Below, in pieces: positions 51,501 to 64,000 of a stretch of 64,000 nucleotides of DNA. The DNA lies in assembly GCA_009103225.1 (NCBI GenBank), contig RHPI01001037.1, positions 1,419,127 to 1,483,126 of the forward strand. Direction: 5' to 3'. A program made the translations under genes and the position numbers. Below the pieces are notes generated by a model. That model searched no databases. It was given only the letters and a program-made list of their open reading frames with translations, and had not been told where the DNA came from. Each line of letters begins with the position of its first letter. Within the stretch, counting starts at the first letter, position 1. This DNA comes from Chlorokybus atmophyticus (Eukaryota; Plantae; Mesostigma and Chlorokybus algae).

Positions 51501-52450
51501 TTGACATTATGCGTGGTTAGTGATGTTATTTGGGCTTACGAATGTGCCAGCGACATTTCAGACGTTGATGAACAGCATTTTCGCTGACTTGCTGGGTAAG
51601 GGAGTCCTCATGTACCTCAACGACATTGTAATGTGGTCGAAGACGAAGGACGAGCATGTGAGTCTTCTACGGCGCGTGTTGCAGCATTTACACGAGCACA
51701 AGTTGTACGCTCAGCTACAGAAGTGCAAGTTTTTGCTACGCGAGGTGGAGTACCTGGGCCACATTGTGTCACACGAAAGGATCAAGCCGGACCCTAACAA
51801 AGTGCAAGTGGTGCGTGAATGGTTTGCCCCGACTAACCGTGAAGGAAGTAATGTCGTTTCTGGGCCTTGCGGGGTATTATCGCAAGTGTATCATGGGATT
51901 TCGCGCATTGCGGCTATAACAGTTAAGGCCAAATTTCGTGATTTTCATGGCCATTTTAGGCCTTATTTGTGAGTATCATGTTTTTTATGACTTGTAGCGG
52001 ATATCGGCGAGTTGCGAGTCTGCCACAGATATCGACCGGCCCAGGGCCAGTCTGGAAGACGCCAGAAAACGGAGGGCCGGTCGAGAAGGGCTCGACCAGA
52101 TTTTTGGAAGGGCCTGGCGCCAAGTAGTATAACTTGACCATATGAGCAGCAAATGAGGAGATCTTTGGTGCGTCGGAAAGTTCTAGAAGTGTACTACAAG
52201 AATCTGCAACAATATTTTGGCTTCTATTTACTTCTGTCTAGCGCTATAATCGTCTAGACGGTAGCATGTGCAGACTGGTAGGTATGAAAGTGACATTGTA
52301 CAATTTGCAATACAACCTTTAGCTCCCTAGTTTCTGTTGTGCAATCCTGGTGGTGTTAGCAAAGGTTGCTAGTGTGTGTCCACTGGTGTGTGCTTGCTTG
52401 TGTGACGATCCAAGGCGCTACACAAGTCGGTGTGTAGCTTCGAGCGCGTG
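48592..52450 (+). mobile_element. Degenerate Ty3/gypsy element (chromovirus-like RT): partial LTR, PBS, gag, protease, RT, then a second diverged LTR piece
   Basis: LTR ends ...GTTACA at 49066; PBS TGGTATCGGAGC at 49069-49080. [91 protein letters not shown]. 48592-48928 is homologous to 52103-52450. No RNase H or integrase seen. Confidence 0.88.
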
Positions 52451-52694
52451 TAATCCGTTAGATCAAGTCTGATCAGGCAGGGTCAAGTACCCATCAGTCC
52501 CTCAATTCCTAGACCGTCACCGTGTAAAGTTTGCGACGTTCACAAGGTCACATGTCATGTTGACAAACTCATCGTCCTACAGCAGACTCCGGTCGCCTGC
52601 ATGGCAGACAGTAGACATTCTCTTGTCTCTTTTGGACGGACCACCAATGCGCACTGTTCATACCGTACTTTGTCGCACACAACCCCCCCTCTAN

Positions 52695-52792
<98 letters not shown>
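52695..52792. other. Poly-G run next to an N; probable assembly or sequencing artefact
   Basis: About 98 consecutive G immediately after an N. Similar G/C runs flank the N gaps at 25870-25887 and 61591-61741. Confidence 0.7.
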
Positions 52793-52793
<1 letters not shown>

Positions 52794-54616
52794 GCGGGAT
52801 GTACAAGTAGCTGGAAGCATTGCATTATCTAGCACTTTATATACGTTATAAGGTTGAAACATTCTCATGACCGTGGCATTTTTACGGCCGTAGGCGCCAC
52901 CGCCGCCGCCGCACGCTACTGCGCAATATTTCGCCGTATTGCCGCCTGGCGGTGCCAAATACGGCGCCGGTTTACATTGCGTCATACCACTGGCGCGACG
53001 TAGCGTAACGCCACGCATAAATACTTCCCCCCCTAGTTTAATAGACCCCACCTCAAATACCCCCCCCCCCCTACCCCATTAGAGTCTNAAAGGGGGTGAC
53101 TTTGTTTGTAACCGGGGGTTATGTTCGACGAAATACGGTACGTGTTGGTTGGGAACCTTTTGTTTTTAGCAAGTGTTGGGTGTTGTTGATAACTGCATGC
53201 CAAGCCAAATGGCTAACTCCCAATATGCATCGCAGCATCAGTTCATTAAAAATGTACATCATGCAATCCAAACAACGCATGCAGCGAAACAGACTCAAGA
53301 TGCGAGCGCTGAGATCCACAACATGATGCTATAAGCATACCGTATGCGCTATGATACTCATGCATGCACGAAGACGATGCGCACAATTTATATAGACTTA
53401 GCAGTGAGTGGCAATCCACTTTAACAAACTTACATACCTGCTAATGCATTACGTACACTTTGCGACTCTCCTGCGCAATTTCAATTTTATCTTGAAACTC
53501 ACCCCATGCACATTTCGGAAACTTGGTGCACCTTTAAAAGTTTGTGCATGTAGAAAGAGTCTGTCTACCTTGCCTCGCAGCTCACTGTAACAAAAGCAAC
53601 ACTCCCATCAAACTCGTGCCTTCAATAATAGCGTGGCTATTAGAAGCCGAGATGCTCTGACGTGCCGGTAAGAACGTGAGGACAAAGCAGTCGTTGCGTT
53701 CACATAATAGCAGAGAGCATTTTATAAGACTATTGGATGTGTAAAAAGAATGTACGTATACCAAATCGTATCCCCCTAACCGGTCCTCGGTTGTGTGTGT
53801 GTGGGTGGGGGGGGGCATACTCCCCGTTGTTGAAATTTGTAATCTATGTAAATCTCCGATGTTGCCAAACTACAAGTCTTTAAACTTATTGGGGACGGAG
53901 GAGGAAGGCGCGGGGTGTATTTAAATTGGGGAACTGCACAAGGGACCTTTACTTATCTTTAGTATAATAAGCCTGGTATTTGCCATGATGGTTATAGCAT
54001 ATGATGTGTTATACCCGTTTGGGTGGCTAGCATTCAATATTATGTACGCACCGTGCTGGCATTTGCTACTTACCCCTATGCTAAAGATAAAATGTTGTGA
54101 ACAAACCTGTCTTTGAGTGACAGTTTTTTTGCGACATGTTGACTCGTACACATAATTCCTGATTAGAACGACGCTTACTGGCAGTAAGCCCTTAAAAGGG
54201 CCACTGTCTGGCAGCCAGTGCCAGTGCCAGTGCGACGACTTGACGGAAAAGAAGACACACTGCACGCAAGAGGTTTTTGGCTGAGTAATCTACTCGCCGT
54301 CGACAAAGCACCAGGGACCGACATGGAATCCAAATCTAATCCGTCAATCTTGCCAACAACTTAGCAAGCCAAAGCACAATGCAATGAACCTCTTGTGGAG
54401 AGGGTTTGTACACGGCGTGTTACGCTTATAATGAGTGATTCCGGGTATCTTCATAGGGGATGAAACTCTGATAGCAATGAGTGCACGCGTTGTGTGCCAT
54501 ATATAATGTGCAGCAGGCATGCATTGTCCAGTGAGTGTGCTGGTGCAAAGCTTGTGAACGTTTGTTGTGTAGTGCATTGCTGCAGAGTGCCCGTGCAAGG
54601 TGTGGCGATTGAGGGC

Positions 54617-58794
<4,178 letters not shown>

Positions 58795-59323
58795 CCCACA
58801 GCCTCCAGCTATGACGGCTTGTACAAGTTGTGCAGGCCAGATGCTTGTGTCCAGCCAGAACTTCCGCCACACAGCAACAACTGGCAATTAGTAATTGCAA
58901 TAACTCGCTTGCATGGCCGCATGCAAGCAAGCATATCATCCCAACCGCCTAGTATAATGTGCTTGAGACAGGAGTTAACCAGCAAGTGCCAGAGGAACAA
59001 GTAGCACGGATGCTGTTAGGCATCAACGACTTAACAATGCACACTTCACCAGACAATGTATCTTGGTGCCTAACATGAGTGCTTGTACCAAGTATGAAAC
59101 CGTATGATGCAGGTTGTATACTCTCTGCCTGCACTTAACAAATGCACGATTGACATAAAGTGTGTTGGTTCCAAAGCATAACAACAACCCATGTATATAT
59201 GTACCTCAGCAATGAAGGAGTTACTTCCCTGTTCAACCAATGTGGTTATAGCACACTGCCATGATATTTACAGAACAATACAGCAAACCCTTGAGTGCTA
59301 CCAACCAATTGAACTGATGACTA

Positions 59324-62377
<3,054 letters not shown>

Positions 62378-62813
62378 GCACCCTGACCTCCACCAAGTCC
62401 ACCACCACAGCCTCCTCCGCCACCGCCTCGCCGCCCACCGTACTGCCCAATACTTGTCCTGTGTACACGCACAAGGCAGCCGATATCTGCAACATCATCA
62501 GCAAACACACCGTATCCTGCGATATCAGGGGAGCTGGCCGCATCTCAGCCAAATTTTCAGCCGAGAACTGACCACGTGGCTGCATGACGAGAGCCGGTCA
62601 CGCTCATGATGCAAAGCGTATCGCAAAAAGTTCAGTGCTGGCAGTGACGGTCCGTCACCCAGCGTTACACCCTTCGGAATACGGCGACGTGGCGGCCAGG
62701 GACGACAAGGAGCACCTGGCCGCCGCCGCCGCCGCCACCTGGGGGTAACTGGTGCAGCGCTGCAGTTGCATCCTGTGAGAGAGTTGTGGGTGAGAAGGAA
62801 AGTGCTGGCAAGC

Positions 62814-64000
62814 ATGTCGGCGACTTGTAGCTGGGCGGCGGGAGCAGCACGGCCGCAGCTCAGCACCACTGCTGGTGCTGCTGCGGTGCAGCTCAGAGCT
62901 TGCAATGGAGCAGCAACAACTACAGGGAGGCAATGCCAGGTGGTGACTGGTTGTCAAGCAGTGCAGTTGGGGATATGGGGAGGATGCAGGAGCATGGACA
63001 GGAGGTCTGAGTTGCACAATGCTGCTGTCAGTAGGCCAGATGGCCGAAGGCCAGACAGGTCAAGTAAGGGTTGTCGGACGGTACATGCGACGATGGTTGA
63101 AGAGCAAACGCCTGTTGCAACTGACAGGAAGGATAGGCTTGTTCGCATGCTGTCAGCCAACCAGGAGGTAATGTGTGCTCCACTTCAACAGGAGGTCGCT
63201 CTTTTTGTTCTCTTGCACTCTTCTCTTGCACTGAAGATGATACTTGTTTATTTAAGTCTGTGAAAAGACCACAAGTCTGTGCTGATGAGAGTTCCCAATC
63301 AGGTTTCTGTTGTTGCGATTACGGGCACGGAGCTTGTGAGGGAAGCTGCTGATCGGCACCGCACAGCACCCACAGTGAGTACCATTCTAAATTACCTTTG
63401 CAATGTGCTGCTTGGTGCTTGTTGCACCTTGTCGGTCGCTCAAGTAGCAGGTCGCATAACGGTCACTGCTGATGTTGCAACATGCCATTTTGCGTAAAAC
63501 AAATTGTGGTTGCAGTGTACGTAGGGTACTTGATTCTGCCTGGGCAATTGCTGTTGACGTTATGGTAAATACTTATGTTGTACACTTTGACTGCATGGGT
63601 CCTCTCCTGAGCAATGCTAGTTGTGCAGGCCACTGCTGCATTTGGCAGAGCGCTGATGGGATCTGTGTTATTGGCGTCATTCCAAGGCCCGGATGAGACT
63701 GTGCAGGTTACCTTCAAGGGTTCAGGCCCTCTAGGGCAGTTGATGGTTATAGCAGAGCAAACTGGACAGGTTAAGGGGTTTGTGGCAAATCCTCAGGTCG
63801 ACCTTCCGCTCCGAGCTGATGGCAAGGTACTGAATCCATCCACGTTATTCAGCACGCCTTTGGACGGCTTCAACATTGTGGTTCGGAGTACTTATTGCCT
63901 GTCATGCACAGCTCAATGTAGGTGCCGCCGTTGGCAAGGGAGTCTTGACAGTTGTGCGGTCGCATCCAACATGGAAAGACGCATACACGTAAGCCCCCCC
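62814..64000 (+). CDS. hslO: Hsp33 (HslO) redox-regulated chaperone with putative transit peptide, 3' end beyond the window
   Basis: DRLVRMLSANQE/VSVVAITGTELVREAADRHRTAPT/ASNALGRALMGSVLLA...VQVTFKGSGPLGQLMVIA...VKGFVANPQVDLPLRADGK/LNVGAAVGKGVLTVVR. Start codon tentative. Confidence 0.9.

Noticed and set aside
52460-52690. Possible integrase C-terminal remnant (VHKVTCHVDKL)
   Set aside because: Too weak a match to the VFHVS motif.
52555-53051. Poly-Pro/poly-Gly ORFs
   Set aside because: Translations of an N-adjacent poly-G run, likely an artefact.

Overview
Eukaryotic genomic DNA with standard code and GT-AG introns, most likely from a green alga or other green-lineage microeukaryote (inferred from eEF3 plus plastid-type glutathione reductase and Hsp33, and Em-like LEA genes). 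There are two host-gene blocks. The left block (1-22.3 kb) holds TFIIH p52/Tfb2, an Em/LEA_5-like gene, a TruA-family pseudouridine synthase, a DUF924 gene, a second Em/LEA_5-like paralog and eEF3. The right block (54.6-64 kb) holds a clostripain C11 peptidase, glutathione reductase and Hsp33. Between them is a ~30 kb island of nested, decayed transposons: two pogo/Tigger-like DNA transposons, Ty3/gypsy and Ty1/copia remnants, and AT-rich DNA of unknown origin. The standout object is an 11 kb Ty3/gypsy-type retroelement (26272-37313) nested in a pogo element. Its pol region runs protease - C5 cytosine DNA methyltransferase - RT - RNase H - DDE integrase - PHD finger. Instead of two ordinary LTRs it has split direct repeats (A1...B1-A2-B2), an architecture I know only from tyrosine-recombinase retroelements. 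This copy is pseudogenised. Exon boundaries, identities and GC statements were read by eye and are approximate.
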